Assembly (NCBI GenBank): GCA_035627155.1
Contig: DASPMF010000066.1
Coordinates: 3,991 to 67,990, forward strand
DNA length: 64,000 nucleotides
Reading direction: 5' to 3'
Source of the DNA: Burkholderiales bacterium
GTDB lineage: Bacteria; Pseudomonadota; Gammaproteobacteria; Burkholderiales; SG8-39
Part shown: positions 46,699 through 61,050 of the stretch, piece by piece
Position numbering within the stretch: position 1 is the stretch's first letter
How the letters are laid out: every line of letters begins with the position of its first letter
Program-made: the position numbers and the translations under genes
Notes under the pieces: model-generated
Database searches by the model: none
What the model saw: only the letters and a program-made list of their open reading frames with translations
Told to the model about the DNA's origin: nothing

Positions 46699-46766
46699 CC
46701 GCTCAAAATCCGCCTTGCTTCGTAGCCGGCGGCCGGCGTTCAGCCCGTAAGGCTTGCCGTCCGCGG

Positions 46767-46907
46767 CTACAGTCCGAGCCGCCGCCGCCCCTTGGCGCGG
46801 CGATTTGCAATCACCTTCCTCCCGCCCGGCGTTCTGCTGCGGACACGAAACCCGTGCGTGCGTGCGCGTCTGGTTTTCGAGGGTTGATAGGTGCGCTTGG
46901 TTGCCAT
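46767..46907 (-). CDS. rpmH: 50S ribosomal protein L34
   Basis: Not in the ORF track because it is under 60 aa. Hand translation from ATG 46907 gives [46 protein letters not shown], with TAG at 46767-46769. Confidence 0.9.
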   Translation of the reverse strand: MATKRTYQPSKTRRARTHGFRVRSRTPGGRKVIANRRAKGRRRLGL

Positions 46908-46932
46908 GGCGGCCGATCCGAAAAAGGGCGGT

Positions 46933-46962
46933 ATTAGAGCCTGCTCATCAATGCGTTGTCAA
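46933..46962 (-). promoter_or_regulatory. Candidate sigma70-type promoter for rpmH-rnpA
   Basis: On the minus strand, TTGACA (46962-46957) is followed by an 18-nt spacer and TCTAAT (46938-46933). It lies about 25-55 nt upstream of the rpmH ATG. Confidence 0.35.
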
Positions 46963-47028
46963 TTGCGGCCACCGCGACGATGGCGCGGACTCGCGCTTCA
47001 CGCTTCGCTCGTCGCCGCGAATTTTTCC

Positions 47029-47037
47029 TGTGGATAA
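47029..47037. promoter_or_regulatory. Perfect DnaA box upstream of dnaA
   Basis: TGTGGATAA (complement TTATCCACA), 77 nt upstream of the dnaA ATG, preceded by AATTTTTCC. Confidence 0.7.
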
Positions 47038-47113
47038 CCCAACGCCAAGCGGTTAAAATTCGGCTCGTAAAGGGCCCTGCAACCAAGGCCGCGTTCAACC
47101 CCGCTTCCAAAGC

Positions 47114-48439
47114 ATGCAAAACCTCTGGGACGCCTGCCTGCGTCGCCTCGAGCAGGAACTCCCTGCACAGCAGTTCAACACCTGGATTCGTCCGCTCGCG
47201 CCGGAAGCCGGCGCGGACGACACGCTGGTCCTGAGCGCCCCGAACCGATTCGTCCTCGAACTCGTGCGGGAACGCTTCGCCGCGCGCATCGAACGCCTCG
47301 CCGCCGAAGCCTGCGGCAAGGAATGCGGCGTGAAGCTGGTCCTCGCCAAAGGCATCGACCCATCGATCAAGATCACCCCCAGCGTCCCGCGCGCGGCCGA
47401 GGCGCCATCGATGTTCGATCGCGCGCGTCTCAACCGCGCCTTCACGTTCGACAGCTTCGTCACGGGCAAGGCGAACCAGCTCGGCCGCGCAGCGGCGATC
47501 CAGGTGGCCGAGAACCCCGGCATCTCCTACAACCCGCTCTTCATCTATGGCGGCGTGGGACTTGGGAAGACGCACCTCGTTCAGGCGATCGGGAACGCCC
47601 TGGCGGACCATCGTCCCGAAGCGCGTATCCGGTACATCCATGCCGAGCAGTACGTCACCGACGTGGTGCGCGCCTACCAGCAGAAATCCTTCGACGAGTT
47701 CAAGCGTTACTACCACTCCCTGGACCTGCTCCTCATCGATGACATCCAGTTCTTCTCCAACAAGGGGCGCACCCAGGAGGAGTTCTTCTATGCGTTCAAT
47801 GCCCTGGTAGAAGCGCACAAGCAGATCGTCATTACCTGCGATACGTATCCCAAGGAGATCTCCGGCATGGAAGAGCGGCTGATCTCCCGCTTCGGCTGGG
47901 GACTCACTGTCGCCATCGAGCCGCCGGAGCTCGAGATGCGCGTCGCCATCGTCCTGAAGAAGGCCGAGGCCGAATCGATCGACCTTTCCGAGGACATCGC
48001 CTTCTTCATCGCGAAGCACATCCGCTCGAACGTTCGCGAGCTCGAGGGCGCCTTGAAGAAAGTCCTCGCGTTCTCGCGATTCAATGGCCGCGAGCTCTCG
48101 CTGGAGCTCGCCAAGGAGGCATTGCGGGACATCCTCAACGTCGCCAGCCGCCAAGTGAGCGTCGAGGGGATTCAGAAAACGGTGGCCGAATACTTCAAGA
48201 TCAAGGTTTCCGACATGCATTCGAAGCGCCGCACACGCAACGTGGCGCGACCCCGCCAGGTCGCGATGGCGCTCGCCAAGGAGCTTACCCAGATGAGCCT
48301 TCCGGAGATCGGCGAGGCGTTCGGCAATCGCGACCATACGACGGTGCTCCATGCCTGCCGCACCATTGCGAGCCTGCGCCAGCACGATGCCGGGCTCAAC
48401 CGCGATTATCTGGTCCTGGAACAGGTGCTCAAGAGTTGA
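47114..48439 (+). CDS. dnaA: Chromosomal replication initiator protein DnaA
   Basis: 441 aa. [31 protein letters not shown]+ P-loop [11 protein letters not shown]-terminal DNA-binding [12 protein letters not shown]. Confidence 0.95.
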   Translation: MQNLWDACLRRLEQELPAQQFNTWIRPLAPEAGADDTLVLSAPNRFVLELVRERFAARIERLAAEACGKECGVKLVLAKGIDPSIKITPSVPRAAEAPSMFDRARLNRAFTFDSFVTGKANQLGRAAAIQVAENPGISYNPLFIYGGVGLGKTHLVQAIGNALADHRPEARIRYIHAEQYVTDVVRAYQQKSFDEFKRYYHSLDLLLIDDIQFFSNKGRTQEEFFYAFNALVEAHKQIVITCDTYPKEISGMEERLISRFGWGLTVAIEPPELEMRVAIVLKKAEAESIDLSEDIAFFIAKHIRSNVRELEGALKKVLAFSRFNGRELSLELAKEALRDILNVASRQVSVEGIQKTVAEYFKIKVSDMHSKRRTRNVARPRQVAMALAKELTQMSLPEIGEAFGNRDHTTVLHACRTIASLRQHDAGLNRDYLVLEQVLKS

Positions 48440-48516
48440 AGTCGCAGCGATAAAGGTCAGCAACAGGGGGGATGGAACGGAATCGCAAACAAGCTGTGTG
48501 CAAACCGGGAGGGAAA

Positions 48517-48525
48517 TGTGGATAA
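48517..48525. promoter_or_regulatory. Perfect DnaA box in the dnaA-dnaN spacer
   Basis: TGTGGATAA. A 7/9 box CTATTCACA lies 28 nt downstream at 48553-48561. Confidence 0.7.
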
Positions 48526-48697
48526 GCGAGTGCTGGATTCCGCAACGCGTTTCTATTCACAGAGCCGCGCAGACAGCCCACAGGTTTCCCCGCGTCAGAA
48601 CCGGCGGCAAGCAGCGGGTGCGGAAGGACTTTTGCGCTTATCCCGGATTTCGGCCGCCCTTATCTATTACTACTAGATAGAAAAGAAGGTAAAGACA

Positions 48698-49801
48698 ATG
48701 GTGCTTCTCAAAGCGAAGCGCGACGAAATCCTCGGTCCGCTCTCCGCCGTGAGCGGAATCATCGAGCGGCGCCACACGCTGCCGATCCTCTCGAACGTGC
48801 TGATCGAGCGGGCAGCCGACGCGTTGTCCTTCCTTGCGACGGACATCGAAATCCAGATCCAGGCCCGGGGCGCCGCATCCGGGGGCGAGGCGCGCGCCGT
48901 TACCGTGGGGGCCCGAAAGCTTGTCGATATCCTCCGGGCGCTCCCCGAGGATGCCGAAGTGACGCTGCAGCAGCAGGACAAGCGGCTGCTCGTGAAGGCT
49001 GCCAAGAGTCGGTTTTCGCTGCAGACGTTGCCCGCGGAAGATTTCCCGCGGCTCGCGCGCCCGGCGGGCGACGTCGCACGCTTCTCGCTTGAACAGAAGG
49101 CGTTGCGCCACGTCCTAAGCCTCGTTCAGTACGCCATGGCTCAACAGGACATCCGCTACTACCTGAACGGACTGTTGATGGTGGCGGAAGACAAGCAGCT
49201 CAAGCTGGTCGCAACCGACGGCCACCGCCTTGCCTACGCGTCGCTCAAGCTGCCAGGGGAACTGCCGCGGCAGGAGGTCATCGTCCCCCGCAAGACGATC
49301 CTGGAGCTTTCCAAGCTCCTTGCGGACACCGAGGATGAAGTCAAGGTCGAGCTCGCCGCGACGCAAGCCGCTTTCAGTTTCAGCTCCATCGAGCTCGTTT
49401 CGAAGCTGGTCGATGGCAAGTTCCCCGACTACACGCGCGTCATTCCTACCGGCCACAAGAACAAGCTGCAGATCGAGCGCGAGCCGCTTCGCCAGGCGCT
49501 GCAGCGCGCAGCCATCCTGTCGAACGAGAAATTCCGCGGCGTACGCTGGGTCCTCGGCGAAGGATCCCTGAAGATCGTGTCGTCCAACGCCGAGCAGGAA
49601 GAGGCGAACGAGGAGCTGGAGGTCGACTATTCGGGCGATGCCCTGGATATCGGATTCAACGTGAACTACCTGCTGGATGTCTTGAACAACGTATCCGGCA
49701 GCAAGATCGACTGCGCCTTCGGCGACGCGTCCTCGAGCGCGCTTCTGAGTTATGCGGGCGAGAAGGATTTCAAGTACGTCGTCATGCCGATGAGGATCTA
49801 A
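48698..49801 (+). CDS. dnaN: DNA polymerase III beta sliding clamp
   Basis: 367 aa. IIERRHTLPILSNVLIE and C-terminal YVVMPMRI. Confidence 0.95.
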   Translation: MVLLKAKRDEILGPLSAVSGIIERRHTLPILSNVLIERAADALSFLATDIEIQIQARGAASGGEARAVTVGARKLVDILRALPEDAEVTLQQQDKRLLVKAAKSRFSLQTLPAEDFPRLARPAGDVARFSLEQKALRHVLSLVQYAMAQQDIRYYLNGLLMVAEDKQLKLVATDGHRLAYASLKLPGELPRQEVIVPRKTILELSKLLADTEDEVKVELAATQAAFSFSSIELVSKLVDGKFPDYTRVIPTGHKNKLQIEREPLRQALQRAAILSNEKFRGVRWVLGEGSLKIVSSNAEQEEANEELEVDYSGDALDIGFNVNYLLDVLNNVSGSKIDCAFGDASSSALLSYAGEKDFKYVVMPMRI

Positions 49802-54707
<4,906 letters not shown>

Positions 54708-54806
54708 GCGGCGAAAGGCCGCAGAGGATACTCGCAAAGCCGGAGCGGCTTCAACCCGTCCGGGCTAAGCGCGCGTGTGGGCGCGCCGAAGAAAGCGTCT
54801 TCCGGG

Positions 54807-55262
54807 TCAGCTCGGCAGGCGTCCTTGCGGCGCGCTGAACAGGTCTTCGGCGAGCAACTGGCTCGTCGGGATCTGCTGGTTCCACAGCACCATCAGGACG
54901 ATAAGCTTGACCTGGTCGAGGCTCAGCGTGTCGCCGGATGCAGCAAGTGAACGCTCGATCACGAGCTCCCGATTCTGGGCGTTCAGGATTCCGGAGCTCT
55001 CCAGCGTGTAAAGAAAGCCGCGCGATGCGGCGTCCAGCTTAGCGAGCTCCCGAGGGGCAAAGGCACGAAACGACGTACGCGAATCCGGCAGCGGGCCAAA
55101 TTCTCCCTGCGGCGATCGAACGCCGGCAAGCCAGTGCAGCGCTTCGCAAATGTCCGAATCCTCGAACCCCGCGGCGGAAAGTTTCTTGGCCACGTTCTCG
55201 CGGTCATAGGCGACGTCAGTCTGCTGGCAGTTCTCGAACAGGTACACGAGGATGTCGTACAT
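54807..55262 (-). CDS. smg: Smg protein (DUF494)
   Basis: 151 aa. MYDILVYLFENCQQ resembles the E. coli Smg N-terminus MFDVLMYLFETY. Position between dprA and the topoisomerase. Confidence 0.85.
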   Translation of the reverse strand: MYDILVYLFENCQQTDVAYDRENVAKKLSAAGFEDSDICEALHWLAGVRSPQGEFGPLPDSRTSFRAFAPRELAKLDAASRGFLYTLESSGILNAQNRELVIERSLAASGDTLSLDQVKLIVLMVLWNQQIPTSQLLAEDLFSAPQGRLPS

Positions 55263-55304
55263 GGTGTTCTCCTTTTCTTATAAACGCACGCCGTACATCG
55301 CGGT

Positions 55305-56420
55305 TTACCCGCGTTCCCCCTTCTCGAGTCGCTGGTACAGCCCGCCGGGCAGCGCGGCGATCCGGCCGTCGAGCTCGAGGCGCAGCAACTCCGAAGATAC
55401 CTGCTCCGCGGGCATTCCGGCACGCTCGCACAAAGCGTCGACGTCGACCGGATCGTGGCCGATGTGCGCAAGCAGGCCAACATGGCCATCACCGGCAGCA
55501 CTTGCACGCCGTTCGAGCAGTGGCGTCGTGGATGCCAGCCGGCTGGGTCGATATGCGAGCTCGCCCAAGACATCCTCCGCGGATTCGACGAGCTTTGCGC
55601 CAACCTTGATGAGCGCATGACAACCCTTCGATAGAGGTGAATGGATCGATCCGGGTATCGCGAAGACGTCACGGCCCTGTTCGGCAGCGCTCCGAGCCGT
55701 GATCAAGGATCCCGAAGCGGCCGCCGCCTCCACTACAAGGCAGCCGCGCGCGAGGCCGCTGATGATGCGGTTTCTGCGCGGGAAGTTCGAAGCGATGGGT
55801 CCGACGCCCAGCGGAAACTCGGAAAGGAGGAGACCCTGCAATGCGATTCTGCGCGCGAGCTCTTCGTTGCGCTTGGGATATACGACATCGACCCCCGTTC
55901 CGAGCACTGCGATGGTCGAGCCGGCACCCGACAGGCCGCCGCGATGGGCTGCCGCATCGATCCCCATCGCCAATCCGGACACGATTGTCAGACCGGTTTC
56001 GCTCAGCGCGCGGGCGAAGCTCTCCGCGTTTTGTTCGCCCTGGGCGGTCGCGTTCCGGCTGCCGACAACCGCGATGGACGCCCGCTTGAGCAGCTCCAAC
56101 CTTCCAACCAGGTAAAGGATCGGAGGCGGGTCGGAGACTTCAAGGAGAAGCCGTGGATACTCGCCATCAGCAAGGGTAACTATGTGGTGCCCGTCCGCTC
56201 CGGCCCAGTCCAGGGAGCGGGCGACAGCATCGCCTACCGCGGGCGAGCTAAGAGCGTCGACGGTGGAGGCCGGAAGAAACGGAAGCAGATCCGCGGTGCG
56301 CCGGCCGACGATGTTCTCAGGCAGCCCGAATTTCTGCAGCAGGCCGCGTACGGAAGCAGGACCAATCCCGGGTGTTAGGGTGAGTTGGAGCCAACTCGCC
56401 AGCCCGGGATCCGGCCTCAC
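55305..56420 (-). CDS. dprA: DNA processing protein DprA (Smf)
   Basis: 371 aa with a GTG start. IVSGLAMGIDAAAHRGGL, GTGVDVVYPKRN, FPRRNRIISGL. Confidence 0.85.
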   Translation of the reverse strand: MRPDPGLASWLQLTLTPGIGPASVRGLLQKFGLPENIVGRRTADLLPFLPASTVDALSSPAVGDAVARSLDWAGADGHHIVTLADGEYPRLLLEVSDPPPILYLVGRLELLKRASIAVVGSRNATAQGEQNAESFARALSETGLTIVSGLAMGIDAAAHRGGLSGAGSTIAVLGTGVDVVYPKRNEELARRIALQGLLLSEFPLGVGPIASNFPRRNRIISGLARGCLVVEAAAASGSLITARSAAEQGRDVFAIPGSIHSPLSKGCHALIKVGAKLVESAEDVLGELAYRPSRLASTTPLLERRASAAGDGHVGLLAHIGHDPVDVDALCERAGMPAEQVSSELLRLELDGRIAALPGGLYQRLEKGERG

Positions 56421-56471
56421 GAAGGGGGCCGCTGAGATGTACGCGGAGGACGTCGCCGCACGACGGGACGC

Positions 56472-57551
56472 TCAGGGCGTCTGGACGACATCCGCAGGGT
56501 TGACGGGTCGCGTCGCATCCATGACCAGCGCATAGGACACGCGTTCGAACACGCGGAAGATGAAGACCAACCCGTAACGCTCCTCCGGTAGCTTGATAAG
56601 GGCGTCCGGCGCATCGCTGGCCTTCGAGACGTCGCGTACCGTCTGGTCCGCTGTGTGGAGCGCCAGGACGTGTCCGGTTTCCAGACCATCCGCGCGCCCC
56701 CGGTTCAGCGTCACGATGGAATGGCGTCCGGCTTCCCCTACGCGGTTGACGCCGCCGTAGATCGACATGACCCGCCCGCGAATCGCTTTCGCGGGAGCAT
56801 GGGGCACATAGTTCGGCGCCTGAAGCGTCGCGACCGGAATGAGCTTGTCGCCGGTGCCGACTTCCTGCACCGTGGAGCTGAGCAGCACGGTGGCAGGGTC
56901 GCCGGGCCGAGTGAGTTGAGCCGTACCGAGGTAGATCGCTTCGTAGGCGAGCGTCTGCTTCGTTTCGGGATCGACGAGCGGTCCGCCCTTTCGGTAGACG
57001 TAGTACCCATCCTGCGCCGGTCCGCCGATACCCCGGACGTACGCCGTGCTTCCGGACGAAATAAGCACCCGGTCGGCTTGCGTCGCTACGATCGTGGGCG
57101 CCTTGTCCAACCCGTCAGGCTCAACAACGAGGGGGCGTGTGAGGAAAGGCTCGATGACGCCAGCCGGGATGGCTGGAATACCTTGTTTCGCGATCAACTC
57201 GCTGCGGGCGCGCGGGCTGAGCTTCACCGTTCCAGTCGGGGCACCTCGTGCCTCGCCGCCACCGATGGTCAACTGGCCGCGCACGCGATCCAGAAGTAGG
57301 ACGTTGCCCGGGTAGATCAAGTGCGGATTGCGGATCTGATCGCGGTTCATGCCCCAAAGTTCGGGCCAGCGCCATGGCGAGTCGGTATAGCGAGAAGAGA
57401 TGCCCCACAGCGTGTCTCCCGGAACGACGACATACCTGTCGGGCGCATCCGGTTTCAGGCTTAAAGGCGGTTGGGGCGCCTGCGCACTCGCGAAGCCCGC
57501 AAGTACGAATAAAACCAGTGCTGTGATAGACTTACGGACTTGCTGGACCAT
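56472..57551 (-). CDS. LysM domain-containing secreted protein
   Basis: ATG at 57551 (MVQQVRKSITALVLFVLAGFASAQA signal peptide). LysM motif YVVVPGDTLWGISSRY. Confidence 0.75.
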   Translation of the reverse strand: MVQQVRKSITALVLFVLAGFASAQAPQPPLSLKPDAPDRYVVVPGDTLWGISSRYTDSPWRWPELWGMNRDQIRNPHLIYPGNVLLLDRVRGQLTIGGGEARGAPTGTVKLSPRARSELIAKQGIPAIPAGVIEPFLTRPLVVEPDGLDKAPTIVATQADRVLISSGSTAYVRGIGGPAQDGYYVYRKGGPLVDPETKQTLAYEAIYLGTAQLTRPGDPATVLLSSTVQEVGTGDKLIPVATLQAPNYVPHAPAKAIRGRVMSIYGGVNRVGEAGRHSIVTLNRGRADGLETGHVLALHTADQTVRDVSKASDAPDALIKLPEERYGLVFIFRVFERVSYALVMDATRPVNPADVVQTP

Positions 57552-57729
57552 GGCGACCCCGTCCCTTTCGCGGCATCCTGGACCGGCTGGAAATCGTTTT
57601 TCTTGCCCCCAATTTAGCATATAGGCCGGTTCTTATTTATTGCCTGAGATTGTCCACATAATATATTAATTTGCAAGCGAATTTGCCCGAGAGAGTGATT
57701 TTCCACCCAGCGCGAGCGAAACTTCCGAA

Positions 57730-58233
57730 ATGGCAACACTGAACATTCTCCGATATCCCGATGCGCGGCTTCACAAGCAGGCCGCACCCGTCACCGTTTT
57801 CGACGAGGCGCTCAAGAAACTGGTCGCCGACATGGCAGAGACCATGTATGCCGCCCCCGGCGTGGGACTCGCTGCTACGCAAGTTGACGTGCACAAGCAG
57901 GTGATCGTGGTCGACGTGTCAGACCGGCGCGATTCGCTCGTCGTGCTGGTGAACCCTGAAATCGTCGAGGCAACGGGCGTGTCGGATATCGAGGAAGGAT
58001 GCCTCTCCGTTCCGGGCATCTACGAGCTCGTAGAGCGCGCCGAGCGAGTCAAGGTGCGGGCTTTCGACCAGAACGGCAATGCGTTTACCCTTGAGGCACA
58101 GGGGCTTTTGGCGGTGTGCATTCAGCACGAGATGGATCACCTGAAGGGCAAGGTCTTCGTCGAGAACCTGTCGCAGCTCAAGCAGCAGCGCATCCGCGCG
58201 CGCCTTGCCAAGCAGTTGCGCAAGACCGCCTAG
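57730..58233 (+). CDS. def: Peptide deformylase
   Basis: 167 aa. [24 protein letters not shown] motifs. Confidence 0.95.
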   Translation: MATLNILRYPDARLHKQAAPVTVFDEALKKLVADMAETMYAAPGVGLAATQVDVHKQVIVVDVSDRRDSLVVLVNPEIVEATGVSDIEEGCLSVPGIYELVERAERVKVRAFDQNGNAFTLEAQGLLAVCIQHEMDHLKGKVFVENLSQLKQQRIRARLAKQLRKTA

Positions 58234-58241
58234 AACCGTTC

Positions 58242-59159
58242 CTGCGTCTAGCATTCGCCGGTACGCCAGAGTTCGCCGCTAAGGCGCTCGCGGCGCTGCA
58301 CCGGCGCCCCCACGACATAGCAGTTGTCCTTACGCAGCCGGACCGGCCGCTCGGCCGGGGCCTGCGCGTTTCGCCGAGTCCGGTCAAGCAATTCGCCGTC
58401 GAACACGGCATTGCGGTCGAGCAACCGGTGGATCTGAAGTCGAACGACGCGACAGCCTTGCTGCGCCGGGCCAACGTGGATGCCTTCGTGGTAGCGGCGT
58501 ACGGGATGATCCTGCCGCAGGCTCTCCTCGACGTGGCGCCATTGGGAGCAATCAACATTCATGCGTCCTTGCTGCCGCGCTGGCGCGGCGCCGCGCCGAT
58601 TCAGCGTGCCCTGTTGGCGGGAGACTCTCGGACAGGTGTATCTATCATGCGCATGGAGGCCGGCCTGGACACGGGTCCCGTATTCGACCAGCGCTCGATC
58701 GCCATTAAGGACGATGACGACGCAGGCACGCTGCACGACCGCCTTGCGACGCTCGGCGCCGAGATGATCGTCGACGTGCTGGACAGGCTCCCGGCCCTGA
58801 ATGCGGTGCCGCAACCGAACGAGGGCGTCACCTATGCAGCAAAGGTGACGAGGGCCGACACGGCACTCGACTGGCATCGGCCTGCAGCCGACCTCTCACG
58901 GGCGGTTCGCGCGTTCCGCCCCGTGCCCGGCGCGAGTACGACGCTCAACGACGCGCCGCTAAAGATTTGGCGGGCGGCTCCCAGGAGCGCCAGCGGCGAG
59001 CCGGGTGTCCTCATCAGCTGCGCGCAGGATGCGCTTGTGATCGGTTGTGGTGAGGGTTGCCTGGCGGTGACAGAGCTTCAGCGCCCGGGTGGGCGCCGCA
59101 TGTCCGTGGGCGACTTCCTCCTGGGTCATCCCCTCAAACCGGGAATCCGCTTCGGGTGA
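58242..59159 (+). CDS. fmt: Methionyl-tRNA formyltransferase (start codon non-canonical or uncertain)
   Basis: The conserved N-terminus LRLAFAGTPEFAAKAL begins at CTG 58242, 8 nt after the def stop. HASLLPRWRGAAPIQRA motif is present. The only canonical in-frame start upstream is GTG 58116, deep inside def. Confidence 0.85.
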   Translation: MRLAFAGTPEFAAKALAALHRRPHDIAVVLTQPDRPLGRGLRVSPSPVKQFAVEHGIAVEQPVDLKSNDATALLRRANVDAFVVAAYGMILPQALLDVAPLGAINIHASLLPRWRGAAPIQRALLAGDSRTGVSIMRMEAGLDTGPVFDQRSIAIKDDDDAGTLHDRLATLGAEMIVDVLDRLPALNAVPQPNEGVTYAAKVTRADTALDWHRPAADLSRAVRAFRPVPGASTTLNDAPLKIWRAAPRSASGEPGVLISCAQDALVIGCGEGCLAVTELQRPGGRRMSVGDFLLGHPLKPGIRFG

Positions 59160-60424
59160 AGTCCTCGCTTGCGCTCGCATTGCGCGACGCCGCACCGATC
59201 GTGGCAAGCGTGGCGCGCGGAAGGAGCCTCACGGCGGCGTTGTCAGGCGCTCCAGTGGATGGCGATGCGGGCCGCGCGGCCCTCATCGATCTGACACATG
59301 GAACGTTGCGACGGTACGGTCGCGTGCAGTACGTAGTTCGGGCCCTTTCCCATCGGCTTACGGAAGATCCGCATGTCGAAGCCCTGCTCTGGTGCGCCGT
59401 TTACGCGCTCGAATCGGGGCGTTACTCGGCATACACGGTCGTCGACCAGGCGGTCCGGGCATGCGGCCTTTTGGACAAGTGGAACGCCAAGAGCTACGTC
59501 AACGCCCTGCTTCGCGCTTATGGCCGCCAGGCCGTCGCTCTTCAGACGGAGATCGAGAAAGACGTGGAGGCTCGCTACCAGCACCCGATGTGGTGGATCG
59601 ACGCCCTGCGTCGCTCCTATCCGCAGCAATGGGAGGCGATCCTCAACGCGTCCAACGCACATCCTCCGATGAGCGTACGCGTGAACCAGCGCCGCGGATC
59701 CGTGGAAGCCTATCGGGCTCGCCTTGCCGAGCACGGGATCGAAGCGAGCGTCGTTGGCGAGAACGGCTTGCTACTGGCCCGGCCCGTGGGAGTCGGCAAG
59801 CTGCCGGGTTTCGCGGCGGGCGATGTCTCGGTGCAGGACGCGGGCGCGCAGCAATGTGCGCACTATCTCGATGCGCGGGAGGGCATGCGCGTACTCGATG
59901 CTTGCGCGGCACCGGGCGGCAAGGCCGCCCACATCCTGGAGCGCGCAACCGTGGACCTTCTCGCCCTGGACGAAGACCCGGCGCGCCTCGAACGCGTGCG
60001 CGACAGCCTGGCGCGGCTCGGCCTCGTCGCGGCGTTGCGGGCCGCGGATGCCATGCGCGTGGAAACATGGTGGGACGGCAAGGCGTTCGACCGCATCCTC
60101 GCCGACGTGCCTTGCACGGCATCCGGGGTTGTGCGTCGTCATCCGGACATCAAGTGGCTGCGCCGGTCCAGCGACGTCGCGGACTTCGCGCAACGTCAGT
60201 CGCGCATCCTGGACGCGCTTTGGCAGGTGCTCCGGCCGGGTGGTAAATTGCTCTATGTCACCTGCTCGATCTTTCCGCAGGAAAACGATGGGGTGGTGGA
60301 AGCCTTCGTCGGACGTACCGGAGGGGCGCGGCGTCTACCGCTGCCTGGTGGCGATCCGGCGCAGAAGTTTCCCAATGGCCACCACGACGGTTTTTACTAC
60401 GCACTAGTCGAAAAAGAAGCCTGA
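59156..60424 (+). CDS. rsmB: 16S rRNA m5C967 methyltransferase RsmB (Sun)
   Basis: GTG at 59156 overlaps the fmt stop (GTGA). DACAAPGGKAAH, DVPCTASGVVRRHPDIKW, YVTCSIFPQEN. Confidence 0.85.
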   Translation: MKSSLALALRDAAPIVASVARGRSLTAALSGAPVDGDAGRAALIDLTHGTLRRYGRVQYVVRALSHRLTEDPHVEALLWCAVYALESGRYSAYTVVDQAVRACGLLDKWNAKSYVNALLRAYGRQAVALQTEIEKDVEARYQHPMWWIDALRRSYPQQWEAILNASNAHPPMSVRVNQRRGSVEAYRARLAEHGIEASVVGENGLLLARPVGVGKLPGFAAGDVSVQDAGAQQCAHYLDAREGMRVLDACAAPGGKAAHILERATVDLLALDEDPARLERVRDSLARLGLVAALRAADAMRVETWWDGKAFDRILADVPCTASGVVRRHPDIKWLRRSSDVADFAQRQSRILDALWQVLRPGGKLLYVTCSIFPQENDGVVEAFVGRTGGARRLPLPGGDPAQKFPNGHHDGFYYALVEKEA

Positions 60425-60435
60425 TCCGAGGGGCG

Positions 60436-61050
60436 ATGCAGCGGATGGCGTACCTGGCGCGACTCCTGATGCCGCTGTGCGCGTGTCTCCTGTTGCCGGT
60501 TGCGCAGGCGCAGGAGAGCCAGGTGCAGGCTGCGACCTTGCGCGCGGCGGAAGACGGGTTGGTGCTCGACGCGGATATCGAATTCGAGCTGACGCCTCGC
60601 CTCGCGGAAGTCCTGTCGAGCGGCGTTCCCCTGTACTTCGTCGCCGAGTTCGAGTTGGAACGGGATCGCTGGTACTGGTTCGACGAGAAGGCCGCCTCCG
60701 CGCATTTGCAGATGCGGCTTTCCTATCACCCGCTTTCCCGCCAGTACCGGCTCTCCACCGGTCTGCTGCAGCGAAACTTCGCTTCGATCGACGAAGCGCT
60801 CAGCGCGATGAAGCGGGTGCGCAACTGGCTGGTCGCCGATCGGACGGTGACATTCGCGGACGCCGATTACGAAGCGTCGGTGCGGTTCCGCCTGGATTCC
60901 GCAATGCTGCCAAAGCCATTCCAGCTGAGCGCACTGACCGGCCGCGAGTTCTACCTGGAGACGCCCTGGAGGCGCTTTACCGTCAGCGCGCCGAAGCATC
61001 TCCCCGCGCCGGTCGAAACGCGCGAGCCTTCGAAAGCCGTCGCAAAGTGA
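60436..61050 (+). CDS. DUF4390 domain protein (secreted)
   Basis: 204 aa with a signal peptide. VPLYFVAEFELERDRWYWFDEK and LSYHPLSRQYRLS are typical of DUF4390, which sits upstream of ntrY-type kinases. Confidence 0.75.
   Translation: MQRMAYLARLLMPLCACLLLPVAQAQESQVQAATLRAAEDGLVLDADIEFELTPRLAEVLSSGVPLYFVAEFELERDRWYWFDEKAASAHLQMRLSYHPLSRQYRLSTGLLQRNFASIDEALSAMKRVRNWLVADRTVTFADADYEASVRFRLDSAMLPKPFQLSALTGREFYLETPWRRFTVSAPKHLPAPVETREPSKAVAK

Noticed and set aside
46934-48463. 509-aa minus-strand ORF
   Set aside because: It is antisense to dnaA. No independent signals support it.
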